A stretch of 64,000 nucleotides of DNA, from NCBI GenBank assembly GCA_965215515.1, contig OZ244057.1:1952001-2016000 (forward strand), in the 5' to 3' direction. Source of the DNA: Oligoflexales bacterium (GTDB lineage: Bacteria; Bdellovibrionota_B; Oligoflexia; Oligoflexales; JAPPIL01). The notes beneath the pieces are model-generated. The model ran no database searches. It was not told the DNA's origin and saw only the letters and a list, made by a program, of their open reading frames with translations. Of this stretch, positions 20,726-30,260 are shown piece after piece. Within the stretch, counting starts at the first letter, position 1, and the number at the start of each line of letters is the position of its first letter. Position numbers and translations under genes: made by a program.

Positions 20726-21916
20726 TTACAGCAGTGCCTGCAGACCGACAAGACGTTCACCTGCCAGGTACTTTAAACTCGCGCCCCCACCTGTGGAAAT
20801 ATGAGTAAAACCTTCGCTCAACCCACAAGCCTTGACTGCCGCGACCGAATCACCTCCGCCGACGACGGTGGTGGCACAGCTAGCGTGGCAGGCGGTAGCG
20901 ATAGCGTGCGTGCCGCGGGCGAAGTTGTCCCATTCGCACACTCCCAGCGGCCCGTTCCACAAGACAGTGCCAGCGCGCGCGATGGCTTGGCAGTAAAGCG
21001 CACAGGTGCGCGGCCCGATGTCCATTCCTAGCAAACCGTCGGGCAAGTCAGGGCTATCGATCTGCACAGGGGTGGCGTGTTGAGAAAATTCCGCCGCGGC
21101 GATATGATCTTGCGGGAGAAGAACCTTGACACCTCTTTCCGCGGCACTGCGCACGATAGCGGTAACGAGTTCCTGGCGGGTATCGACTTTCGATTTACCG
21201 ACCTTGTGCCCTTGCTGGCGCAAAAACGAATAGGACATACCGCCGCCGATGATTACTGTGTGGCAATACTTGAGCAGATTGAGGATTACGGCAATTTTAT
21301 CGCTAACCTTTGCACCGCCAATGATGAACACGAAGGGTGGCTGCGCGCTATGCATAACCCCGTCCAGCGCCGCGAGTTCCTCGCTAACCAGCAGACCGAT
21401 CCCGCGTGCTGTCGGAGGAAACAGTGCTGGCACACCACAGACCGAGGCGTGTTTTCTGTGCAATGTGCCGAAGGCATCGTTGATATAAACGTCAAAACCC
21501 GTCGCCAGCCGTTGCGCAAAATCCGCCGCATTTTGCTTTTCGCCTGCATGAAAACGCAAATTCTCCAGCAAAATCACCCGTGCACCTGTGTGCGTCAGCA
21601 GTGACGCAACGCTGCCCTCGTCATAATCATGCAACAACACCACCTCTTCTGCCAACAAATGCGCCAAGTGTGTCGCCACGGGCTCAAGTGAAAAGGCCGA
21701 GTCATATCCGTCTCCCTGTGGTCTGCCGAGATGTGAGGCCAGCACGAGCAGTTTGGCTTGTTTTAGCACGTGCTCGATACTCGGTAGGGCGGCACGCACA
21801 CGACTGTCGTCGGCAATTTTTCCAGCCCGTAGCGGCACGTTGAAATCGACGCGCATGAACACCTTGCGATCAGGTAACGCCAGTGCGGACAAAGGACGAA
21901 GATCGTGTGCGGACAT
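20726..21916 (-). CDS. pgk: Phosphoglycerate kinase
   Basis: RVDFNVP, SHLGRP, LLENLRF, NDAFGT.HR, GGAKVSDK, WNGPLG, ISTGGGASL. Confidence 0.97.
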   Translation of the reverse strand: MSAHDLRPLSALALPDRKVFMRVDFNVPLRAGKIADDSRVRAALPSIEHVLKQAKLLVLASHLGRPQGDGYDSAFSLEPVATHLAHLLAEEVVLLHDYDEGSVASLLTHTGARVILLENLRFHAGEKQNAADFAQRLATGFDVYINDAFGTLHRKHASVCGVPALFPPTARGIGLLVSEELAALDGVMHSAQPPFVFIIGGAKVSDKIAVILNLLKYCHTVIIGGGMSYSFLRQQGHKVGKSKVDTRQELVTAIVRSAAERGVKVLLPQDHIAAAEFSQHATPVQIDSPDLPDGLLGMDIGPRTCALYCQAIARAGTVLWNGPLGVCEWDNFARGTHAIATACHASCATTVVGGGDSVAAVKACGLSEGFTHISTGGGASLKYLAGERLVGLQALL

Positions 21917-21942
21917 AACAACTTCTCCCGCCTAAGCGCGGA

Positions 21943-22027
21943 CGGAGAGAGGGGGATTCGAACCCCCGATGCCTCTCGGCATAACGGTTTTCAAGACCGT
22001 CACCTTCGACCGCTCGGACATCTCTCC
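21943..22027 (-). tRNA. tRNA-Ser(TGA)
   Basis: Reverse complement GGAGAGA...ACGGT-CTTGAAA-ACCGT...variable arm...GGTTCGAATCC...TCTCTCCG. Confidence 0.95.
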
Positions 22028-22060
22028 GCAGAAGGCTGTACCACATTTGCGGAGGAGAAT

Positions 22061-22480
22061 CTATCGCCTCACTGTCCCTCCCCCACGATTTTTCGTCCTG
22101 GCATGGAACAGCAGTGTCCCATGCCAGGACAGATACGAGACATGGCGAAGGGTAGCAATACTCGTCATTATGCGTCCCATATTCCACCGCAAAGGCGATC
22201 GTCTCTCAGGCACAACCTTACCAGGTTTGGCTTCGAGCATTTCCTTTTCGAAGTATTTTACCATCGCTCCTACAGTGTAAGGCAGATGTGCCCAGTCATG
22301 GACGCGGGTTACACTATCGGAGTAAAAAACACTACGATCCTGAACATTCTCGCTCGCCTCGCTCTCATCGATGCGCACCCTAGTTAAGTCTAACACCTCT
22401 AACTCTGCTTCGGTGAAGCTTAGCGCCACAATTTCTTGCACAAATTCTTTATGCAGGATCGCACTAGTCGATGTCCGCAC
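22061..22480 (-). CDS. Possible hypothetical protein or gene remnant
   Basis: 139-aa ORF filling the gap between the BspA-like gene and tRNA-Ser; no motif and no convincing start. Confidence 0.3.
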   Translation of the reverse strand: MRTSTSAILHKEFVQEIVALSFTEAELEVLDLTRVRIDESEASENVQDRSVFYSDSVTRVHDWAHLPYTVGAMVKYFEKEMLEAKPGKVVPERRSPLRWNMGRIMTSIATLRHVSYLSWHGTLLFHARTKNRGGGTVRR

Positions 22481-23567
22481 CGCCGTCGTAGATCGTCCAG
22501 CCAGACTCGCCTTTGAGTCTGTGTTTCGCGTTTGCCCCGACGGTGTTGTATGTTGAACCGCCTGCGTCGAAATAAACGTTCATCATTACCGAGCCTTCTG
22601 CAATTTTGTCCAACATATTGCTATAGCTTGCGGTGGGTAGAGTCTGGCCGCGCAGCATTCCCGCCATCGTCGTTACCTTGCTGAAGTCCCAATCTACGAG
22701 GTAGGGTGGTTTGTCCATGCTGCCTGAAAAACCCGCGTTGGCGAACATCCGTTCCATGCTAGTAACCTGTCCAGTATTCCAGCCATCGACTCTGAGGTCT
22801 TCGATCCCCGTGGCATCCTCGAACATCGCGGTCATGTCGGTGACACTGCTCGTTTCCCAATCACTGACATCAGGGTTGGTCAGCCTTGTGTTGGCGAACA
22901 TGCCACTCAGGTCGCTGACCGCGCTGGTATCCCAATTGCTGACATCGGGATTGACGAGATCTGCCCCCGCGAACATGTTTGCCATACTCTCTACGCCGCG
23001 GGTGAATTCACTTTTTCCCGCCCCTACGGAGATCAGATTATCACATTCTTCGAATGCGCCGCGCAGGTCTCGCCAGGCAACACTGCCGAGATCTGTGACC
23101 GCCAACAACTGATCACGGCTGTGTGGCAGTTGCTGGAAACTCCAAGCTTCCATGACTCCAGAGATTTTGACTATGTAGCGACCTGCCTGCCTGTAGACAT
23201 GGGTCGCACCACGGTCATCGAAGGCACGGACGCTGGTCTGCTGATCGTCACCCCAATCGACTACGAAGTCGTATTTGAAACCTTCAGGGAGAGGGAGCAC
23301 TATTTTCAGTTCGCCGCCGATGTTGGTAACTTCCCATTCCGAGATGAAAGGAAATTCATCGTCAGGCAACGGTGGTGGTGGCGGGGGAGGCGGTGGCGGC
23401 ACAGGAGGTAGCTGGGGAGGTAAAGGTTCGGTGGTAATATCGGGTGTAGCAGTGGGAGGCGACTCGCTCACGGCGGTGCGCTCGTCGATGTCGTCTACGC
23501 AGCCCGCCACGTAGCCGCACAACACGTGCAGGCAGACGAGACTGGGCAGCAATCTTGGCACAACCAC
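22464..23567 (-). CDS. BspA/DUF285-type surface repeat lipoprotein with polyproline linker
   Basis: VAGC lipobox, poly-Pro stretch, FVVDWGD...HVY..AG.Y, repeats of DVS.W.TS.V.DM..MF. Confidence 0.88.
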   Translation of the reverse strand: MVVPRLLPSLVCLHVLCGYVAGCVDDIDERTAVSESPPTATPDITTEPLPPQLPPVPPPPPPPPPPLPDDEFPFISEWEVTNIGGELKIVLPLPEGFKYDFVVDWGDDQQTSVRAFDDRGATHVYRQAGRYIVKISGVMEAWSFQQLPHSRDQLLAVTDLGSVAWRDLRGAFEECDNLISVGAGKSEFTRGVESMANMFAGADLVNPDVSNWDTSAVSDLSGMFANTRLTNPDVSDWETSSVTDMTAMFEDATGIEDLRVDGWNTGQVTSMERMFANAGFSGSMDKPPYLVDWDFSKVTTMAGMLRGQTLPTASYSNMLDKIAEGSVMMNVYFDAGGSTYNTVGANAKHRLKGESGWTIYDGGADID

Positions 23568-23715
23568 ACCTTGTCCCGAAAGAAGATAGCCCTACCCCTC
23601 ATCATACCACTTTCCCAAAGTTTGAACACCGCGGAACGAAAACAGCCACTTGCAACGCACCGCGATACTGGAGTAAGAGTCAGCCGCGGGATTTTGTTTT
23701 GTCGCGGAGGAACGC

Positions 23716-23940
23716 GTGGATAAGGATAGTATCGAACAGAGATTGCGCCGAGATTTTCCCGATGCGGAGTTGCAGGTGGTGGATCTGACAGGCACGGGCG
23801 ATCACTGGCGGGTCGATATCGTGTCGGTGCGTTTCGAGGGGTTGAACCCTGTCGCCCAGCATCGTCTCGTCTATCAGGCGTTGGCTGAGTTCATGCCCAG
23901 TGCTATTCACGCACTGCAGCTCAACACGCGTGCCCGTTAG
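23716..23940 (+). CDS. BolA/IbaG family protein
   Basis: GDHW...IVS..FEGL..VAQHRLVY.AL......IHALQL; GGAGG RBS. Confidence 0.92.
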   Translation: MDKDSIEQRLRRDFPDAELQVVDLTGTGDHWRVDIVSVRFEGLNPVAQHRLVYQALAEFMPSAIHALQLNTRAR

Positions 23941-23977
23941 CCGTTTTTTGCGACAGAACTGCCGCGTAGTTGTGGTC

Positions 23978-24655
23978 ATGATTACTATCGATCGCCGTGT
24001 CGTTGCCCAGTGTCGGCAAAGCATCCACCTGCGGGTGTGGTCGCCCACACGTGACGTGGTGGTGTTGGGAAACAGCGATCGCGCTGTGCTCTCGTGCTAT
24101 CGGGAACGTTGTGCGGCGCATGGTGTACCTGTTCTGCGGCGAAAGGGCGGTGGCGGGGCAGTGGTCTTGCATCCACATTGCATCGTCATCAGTATGGGCC
24201 TGTGGGTCAGGCGTTACTTTCACAACGCCCACTACTTCGCTTGTATCAACGCGGCGGTAGTGGAGTGTCTCGCCGCCTATCGTTCGCTCTGGGCAGGGTT
24301 GCGGCATCGAGGGATCAGTGACATCGCCTGGGGGGAACACAAAGTAGGCGGTACATCTATTTTCCGCAGTCGCAACTACCTGCTGTACCAAGCTTCGCTG
24401 CTCTACCGAACGGAGGTGGATAGAATTAGCACACTGTTACCGCACCCTCCCCGTGAACCTGACTATCGGGCGGGACGCAAGCACGCACAGTTCCTGTGTG
24501 GTCTTGCTGACATCGTGCCTGACAGTTTGCAAAATGAAATCAGTGCCGTGCTGTACCGAGAACTACCGCATGCTGTGGTGCGCTTGCTAGCGGCTGAGTT
24601 GATCGACCCGCCCGCTGAACAGTGTGCAGGGTTATTAGCACGGTGGGGTGAGTGA
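23978..24655 (+). CDS. Lipoate-protein ligase A-like (BPL/LPL catalytic domain)
   Basis: VVLG, VPVLRRKGGGGAVV, GISDI, KVGG, LPHPPREPDYR.GR.H..F. Confidence 0.85.
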   Translation: MITIDRRVVAQCRQSIHLRVWSPTRDVVVLGNSDRAVLSCYRERCAAHGVPVLRRKGGGGAVVLHPHCIVISMGLWVRRYFHNAHYFACINAAVVECLAAYRSLWAGLRHRGISDIAWGEHKVGGTSIFRSRNYLLYQASLLYRTEVDRISTLLPHPPREPDYRAGRKHAQFLCGLADIVPDSLQNEISAVLYRELPHAVVRLLAAELIDPPAEQCAGLLARWGE

Positions 24656-25735
24656 GGCTTCTTTTTGTTGTGCCCACAGTTGACCGCACGCGGCACCGAT
24701 ATCGTTGCCCTTGCTAAAACGGATCATGGCACGTCGCCCTTGCTGGAAGAGGAGGTTTTGAAAATTTTTCACCGTCGCGTAGCTCGCGGGAGTGAATGTG
24801 CCGCCTGCGATGGGGTTGTAGACGATCAGATTGAGCTTGGCAGGGATACCTCGCAAGAGTTCTGCCAGCGATAAAGCATCACGTGCAGCATCGTTCACCC
24901 CCGCTAACAGCGTATACTGGATAAGTAGTTTGCAGCGAGGAAACTCACGCACCACCTGCAACACTTGTGGCAGCGGCCATTTGCGGTTGGCAGGCATGAG
25001 TTGTGTGCGCACGCGTGCCTCAGCCGCATGTACACTCAAGGCTAGCGGCAAGGACGGGTAGGTGGTGAGCAGACGGCGTAGGGCAGCTGGGTTACCGACC
25101 GTCGATACCGCAAGGCGGCGGGCAGCCAACGCCAAGCCGCACGGGTCGGTCAAAATAGCCAAGCTGTCGAGCAACGCGTCGAGGTTATCGAGCGGTTCGC
25201 CCATCCCCATGAAAACGACGTTACTGATGACGGAGGCACGGCTGAAGACACTGAGTCGGTGCTGGTGTTGCTCCTGCCACTGCCGTGCCAGCAAAAACTG
25301 CGCGACAACCTCCCCCGCGGTGAGATTACGCCACAGACCCATACGCCCCGTCTGACAAAAAGTGCAACCCTGTGCACAACCGACTTGCGTAGAAACACAC
25401 AGGGTCAGACGTTGCTGCTCACAGATAAGCGCCGTTTCCACCCGCAAGCCGTCCGCGAGCTGCAACAAAAATTTTACCGTGCCGTCTCGCTGCGACTGGG
25501 TAACTCCAGCCAGTGCAGGTAACTTCGCCCGCCAGTGGCGAGCCAGGTAGGCGTTGAGAAGCGCAGGTACTACCACAGGTGCGTCACGATAGAGAGCAGC
25601 AAACAGACCGCGTGCGTGGGAGGGACTGTGCCCGCGGGCACGCAGCTGTGCGGCGAGTGCAGCCCTGGGGCAAGAATAGAGATCAAGCCGATGATCGTTC
25701 GTTATGGCGGTGGCGTTACTCAAGTTCTTTGCCAT
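24635..25735 (-). CDS. rlmN: 23S rRNA m2A2503 methyltransferase
   Basis: TLCVSTQVGCAQGCTFCQTG, NVVFMGMGEPLDN, GAACGQL. Confidence 0.95.
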   Translation of the reverse strand: MAKNLSNATAITNDHRLDLYSCPRAALAAQLRARGHSPSHARGLFAALYRDAPVVVPALLNAYLARHWRAKLPALAGVTQSQRDGTVKFLLQLADGLRVETALICEQQRLTLCVSTQVGCAQGCTFCQTGRMGLWRNLTAGEVVAQFLLARQWQEQHQHRLSVFSRASVISNVVFMGMGEPLDNLDALLDSLAILTDPCGLALAARRLAVSTVGNPAALRRLLTTYPSLPLALSVHAAEARVRTQLMPANRKWPLPQVLQVVREFPRCKLLIQYTLLAGVNDAARDALSLAELLRGIPAKLNLIVYNPIAGGTFTPASYATVKNFQNLLFQQGRRAMIRFSKGNDIGAACGQLWAQQKEASLTPPC

Positions 25736-25813
25736 CGTGTTAAGTTCGCTAACCAGCCGCAGCCCGCCCCTCCCGCGCAACGACACCCTAGTACTGCAAG
25801 CGGGAAGAAAACC

Positions 25814-27568
25814 CTAACTACGCCGTGCCGCGATCTCGTCCAACAACAACTGCACCGCCTCTTCCTGTGACACCGTCTGCTGCTCACGCACCCCGTGCCG
25901 TCGCACCGTGACACTGTCGGCTGTCATCTCAGCAGCCCCGACAATCAACTGCACTGGAATTTTGCGCAGTGCAGCCATTTTTATTTTCTTGGCAAAACTG
26001 TGGCTGCTGTTGTCGAGCTCAGCCCTCAGCATCTGTGCGGTCAAACGTTGCCGTACAGTACCTGCGTAATCGTAAAAACTGGTGGCAACGGGGATAATCA
26101 TCACCTGCACAGGCGCACACCACAGGGGTAACGCACCGCCGAAATGTTCGAGCAGATGGCTGAGAAGACGCTCGTGAGTCGATAGCGGGGCACGATGAAT
26201 TATCAACGGCGTTTCTTCTACGTCTTGTTCATTACTGAAGACGAGATTGAAGTTGCGGGCACTTAAAAAATCGAGCTGAATAGTAGAAAAAGTTTCCTCC
26301 CGCCCTGTTAAATTTTTAAATTGAAAATCAACCTTCGGCCCGTAAAAAGCCGCTTCCCCCACCCCCTCGAAATACTCAAGCTGACAAGCATCACATACCT
26401 CACGCAACAACTTCTCCGCCTGTCGCCACATCTCCTGTTCACCGAGATACTTGTCTTTCTTGCTGTCATCGGCAGTCGAAAGACGCACGCGAAATTTTTC
26501 CAAATGCAAAGTCTGATAAAATTCACGGTGCATAGCGATGATATCGGTAAACTCGTCCTTTAATTGTGACAAACGCAAATAAATATGTGCATCGTGGATA
26601 GTCATACACCTGACTCGCAACAACCCCGACAGCTCGCCCGATTGTTCATAACGATAGCACGTGCCGAATTCAGCAAGGCGCAGAGGCAACTCCCGATAAC
26701 TGCGTTTGCGAAACGCAAAAATTAAATGATGGTGCGGGCAATTCATGGGCTTCAGAAAGAAAGTTTCGTCACCATCCGCAGTGTGCAAAGGCGGAAACAT
26801 CGATTCCCGATAGGCGGGTAGATGTTGCGAACGCAGATAGAGTTCGTCTTTAGCAATGTGCGGGGTAGTGACACGTTGATAGCCATGCCGAAATTCTACC
26901 TCTTTGGCATAAGTCTCCAACGCATCGCGTATAACCGTGCCGTTAGGCAACCACAGGGGCAACCCACGCCCCACCTGAGGCGCAAAAGTAAAAATTTCTA
27001 GCTCTTTCCCCAACCGCTTGTGATCACACTGCTCAGCACGAGTACGGCGGGCAAGAAATTCTTCCAGAGCCGCGGGCGTGGCAAAGGCTAGCCCATAGAT
27101 GCGAGTGAGCATGGGACGTTGTTCATCGCCAAGCCAGTACGCACCCGCAATGCGATCGAGTTTGAATGCGTCGCGCGGCAACTCGCCAGTGCGAGCGACA
27201 TGCGGCCCTTCACAGAGGTCAAAGAAATGTTCGTTGGCGTAGAAAGAAAAGTGCGTGACACCCTTCTCCTTGAGTCCCGTGACATGTTCTCGCTTGTAGG
27301 GCTCGTGCGCTAAACGCACCAAGGCCTGCTCGTAATCATCCTCAACGCGGACGAAACTCTGATTCTGGGCGATAATTTTCTTCATCTGGCGTTCGATTTT
27401 CTTCAGCTGCGCGGCGGACAGAGAGTCCTTACCGAAATCAAAATCGTAATAAAAACCGTTTTCGACAGGTGGCCCGAAGCCGAGCTGGACCTGCGGGTAC
27501 AGCTTTTTCACCGCCTGTGCCAGCACGTGTGCCAACGAATGCCTGAGGCGATAGAGACCCTCATCCAT
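25814..27568 (-). CDS. thrS: Threonine--tRNA ligase (short, no TGS domain)
   Basis: RHSLAHVLAQAV, DLCEGPH, DHKRLG, LKPMNCPHH, AAFYGPKVD. Confidence 0.97.
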   Translation of the reverse strand: MDEGLYRLRHSLAHVLAQAVKKLYPQVQLGFGPPVENGFYYDFDFGKDSLSAAQLKKIERQMKKIIAQNQSFVRVEDDYEQALVRLAHEPYKREHVTGLKEKGVTHFSFYANEHFFDLCEGPHVARTGELPRDAFKLDRIAGAYWLGDEQRPMLTRIYGLAFATPAALEEFLARRTRAEQCDHKRLGKELEIFTFAPQVGRGLPLWLPNGTVIRDALETYAKEVEFRHGYQRVTTPHIAKDELYLRSQHLPAYRESMFPPLHTADGDETFFLKPMNCPHHHLIFAFRKRSYRELPLRLAEFGTCYRYEQSGELSGLLRVRCMTIHDAHIYLRLSQLKDEFTDIIAMHREFYQTLHLEKFRVRLSTADDSKKDKYLGEQEMWRQAEKLLREVCDACQLEYFEGVGEAAFYGPKVDFQFKNLTGREETFSTIQLDFLSARNFNLVFSNEQDVEETPLIIHRAPLSTHERLLSHLLEHFGGALPLWCAPVQVMIIPVATSFYDYAGTVRQRLTAQMLRAELDNSSHSFAKKIKMAALRKIPVQLIVGAAEMTADSVTVRRHGVREQQTVSQEEAVQLLLDEIAARRS

Positions 27569-27634
27569 GTCTTAAACCTTGACCCCCGACCGACGCTGTG
27601 CTCTTGTAGCAGAGAACGGCACGGCTAACAAGCG

Positions 27635-28600
27635 ATGATTCCCGCTCCCGACCACAGCTGCACCCTACATGGCACACACCTACCCGCTCGTATCGACCGT
27701 GCGCTGGTGGTGGCCTTCCCCGCGCTTTCACGGCGGCGGATTCGACGGGCACTCGACGCGGGCGGCATTTACCTCAACCATCGCCGCGTGCGCATAGCCT
27801 CCCGACTGGTCTTCAACGGCGATGCAGTGGCTATTTTTTTGCCCCCCCCCTCACCCCGTACATCCTCGCTGTGTCGTGCTGACCTCATTCACTGCGATAC
27901 AGACCTGATGATAATCAACAAACCCCCTTGTCTGCTCAGCCAAGCTACCCGCCAACAAGCTGTCGCCCACCTTATCCCCGCCATTCGCCAGCTTTTACCC
28001 GCTTGCGGCACACTGTATATCGTGCACCGCCTCGACTACGAAACGTCAGGTGCGATCATGGTGGCTCGCCATCGTCGCATAGCGGATTTTTTGGGACAAC
28101 AGCTGCGTACACGGCGCATCGCGAAGGAATACCTCGCTCTCTGTGCTGGTATCCCCCCCTGGCGAAACTATACCGCCCGCAGTTACCTGTCGCCCATCGC
28201 CAAAGACTATGGCACGGTGAAGATAGCGACACAGCCACAACCACACACACGGGAGGCGGTGACACGCTTTACCGTGTTGGCAAGCAGTTCGGCCTACCCC
28301 GTCTCACTGCTCAAATGCGAGCCGCTGAGCGGGCGTAGCCATCAGCTGCGCGCCCAACTGCAACATCTCGGCATCCCCGTGCTGGGCGATAAGAAATACG
28401 GCCATACCCGCCCCTCCCTGCCTGCCGCCGCGGCACTCATCGCTAGCCATCACCTGTTGCACGCACACCGTCTTACCCTGCAACCCGCGCGAGGGAAGAC
28501 GAGAATCAGCATTCAGGCACAGCCACCTGCTGATTTTCGTGAGATGCTGACACTACTCGATCTGAAGGGGACACAAAAATCTTGCAAATTAATTCTTTAA
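27635..28600 (+). CDS. RluA-family pseudouridine synthase with S4-like N-terminus
   Basis: INKP, VHRLDYETSG, GRSHQLR, PVLGDKKYG, LLHA. Confidence 0.92.
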   Translation: MIPAPDHSCTLHGTHLPARIDRALVVAFPALSRRRIRRALDAGGIYLNHRRVRIASRLVFNGDAVAIFLPPPSPRTSSLCRADLIHCDTDLMIINKPPCLLSQATRQQAVAHLIPAIRQLLPACGTLYIVHRLDYETSGAIMVARHRRIADFLGQQLRTRRIAKEYLALCAGIPPWRNYTARSYLSPIAKDYGTVKIATQPQPHTREAVTRFTVLASSSAYPVSLLKCEPLSGRSHQLRAQLQHLGIPVLGDKKYGHTRPSLPAAAALIASHHLLHAHRLTLQPARGKTRISIQAQPPADFREMLTLLDLKGTQKSCKLIL

Positions 28601-28638
28601 AATTTTTTAAATAGCTGCTACTGCATCAGCTATGCTGG

Positions 28639-30147
28639 GTGGTTTTGAGGAAGGTGGTGCACGACAGGACAGCCATTACGCCACGGCGTGCGGAGAACTA
28701 TCCTGCTTGGTATCAGGCGGTGGTGCAAGCTGCAGAGATGGCGGAGATGTCGGGTATCCGCGGCTGTATGATTATGCGCCCCTGGGGCTACGGTATCTGG
28801 CAAGAGCTGCAACGTGTGCTCGATGCGGAAATCAAACGCACGGGACATGAAAACGTCTACTTCCCTCTTTTCATCCCCCTATCCTACATCGAGAAGGAGG
28901 CCGCACATGTCGAGGGTTTTGCCCGCGAGATGGCGGTGGTTACGCACCACCGTCTGGCGCAGCAGAACGGGCGGTTAGTGCCCGCCGCACCGCTGCGTGA
29001 GCCGCTGGTCGTGCGCCCAACCTCAGAAACAGTCATCGGAGCATCGCTGGCGAAATGGATCAAATCGTGGCGAGACTTGCCACTCTTACTCAATCAGTGG
29101 GCAAACGTGGTGCGCTGGGAAATGCGACCGCGCATATTTTTACGCACAACGGAGTTTCTGTGGCAGGAAGGGCACACAGCACACGCCGACCGTGCTGAAG
29201 CCGAACGCGAGACGCGACGGATGTTGGACATTTACCGCAATTTTCTGCAGGACGAACTGGCTATCCCCGTGTTGTGCGGCGCAAAACCCGCCAGCGAGCG
29301 TTTTCCTGGGGCGGTGGACACGCTCTGTGTCGAGGCGATGATGCAGGACGGCAAGGCACTGCAAGCGGGCACATCACACTATCTCGGTGACAACTTTGCG
29401 CGGGCGGCAGGAATTCGTTTCACCGCACGGGATGGAGAAAAAAAATACGTTCACACCACCTCTTGGGGTGTGACCTCACGCTTAATCGGCGCGTTGATTA
29501 TGGTGCATGGCGACGATAACGGCCTGCGTATTCCACCACGCGTTGCCCCGCGGCATGTCGTCATCGTCACCGCGGCTGGCGACACGGCAGTCGATGCCTA
29601 CGCGGACAAACTGGCTCAACGCTTGGGGGCGGTACACTACGATGCACAGCACCATGTCGTGAGTCACATCGATCGGCGCGAGCTGCGTTTGGGTGAAAAA
29701 AACTGGAGCTGGGTAAAAAAGGGCGTGCCCCTCATCGTCAATATCGGTAAACGCGAAGTGGCAAACCGCACCGTCAGTCTCATCCGCCGCGATCACCCCC
29801 CTTCGAAAAAAGCCAGCCTCGCCTGCGATGTTTTCGTCGCCCAGATAAAGGATATACTGGCGACAATACAAAAGAGCTACTTCGACAGTGCCCGTGCTTT
29901 TCTCGCCCAGCACACCCTTAACGACATCGGCACACAGGCCGACTTTGAGCACGCTTTCCGTGTGGATGCCTTCCCCCACCCTTTCGTGCGCAGTAAGTGG
30001 TGCGAAAGCGTGCAATGTCAAGCACAGGCCGAAAAACTCGCCGTGACCGTGCGTTGCATTCCCTTCGCACAGCGCGACAGCGCAGGTCGTTGCGTCATGT
30101 GCGGCAAAGAAACCGCACTCGATGCCGTTTTTGCCAAATCTTACTAG
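28639..30147 (+). CDS. proS: Proline--tRNA ligase, eukaryote/archaea-like type
   Basis: WYQAVV, EGFAREMA, RPTSET, NQWANVVRWE, EFLWQEGHT, QAGTSH, TSWG, C-terminal FAKSY. Confidence 0.97.
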   Translation: MVLRKVVHDRTAITPRRAENYPAWYQAVVQAAEMAEMSGIRGCMIMRPWGYGIWQELQRVLDAEIKRTGHENVYFPLFIPLSYIEKEAAHVEGFAREMAVVTHHRLAQQNGRLVPAAPLREPLVVRPTSETVIGASLAKWIKSWRDLPLLLNQWANVVRWEMRPRIFLRTTEFLWQEGHTAHADRAEAERETRRMLDIYRNFLQDELAIPVLCGAKPASERFPGAVDTLCVEAMMQDGKALQAGTSHYLGDNFARAAGIRFTARDGEKKYVHTTSWGVTSRLIGALIMVHGDDNGLRIPPRVAPRHVVIVTAAGDTAVDAYADKLAQRLGAVHYDAQHHVVSHIDRRELRLGEKNWSWVKKGVPLIVNIGKREVANRTVSLIRRDHPPSKKASLACDVFVAQIKDILATIQKSYFDSARAFLAQHTLNDIGTQADFEHAFRVDAFPHPFVRSKWCESVQCQAQAEKLAVTVRCIPFAQRDSAGRCVMCGKETALDAVFAKSY

Positions 30148-30151
30148 CTAG

Positions 30152-30172
30152 TGTAGATGCCCCGTAAAAAGC
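30152..30172 (+). repeat. Dispersed TGTAGATGCCCCGTAAAAAGC element, copy 1
   Basis: Matches 59063-59084 except for one C in the C-run. Confidence 0.7.
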
Positions 30173-30260
30173 GGACACCCTATCGGCTTCTGACGATCAG
30201 CGAAGAGCGTGTACTGACTAGAGCCAGTCTTTCCTCACCACCTACCCGCAGTCACCCCCC

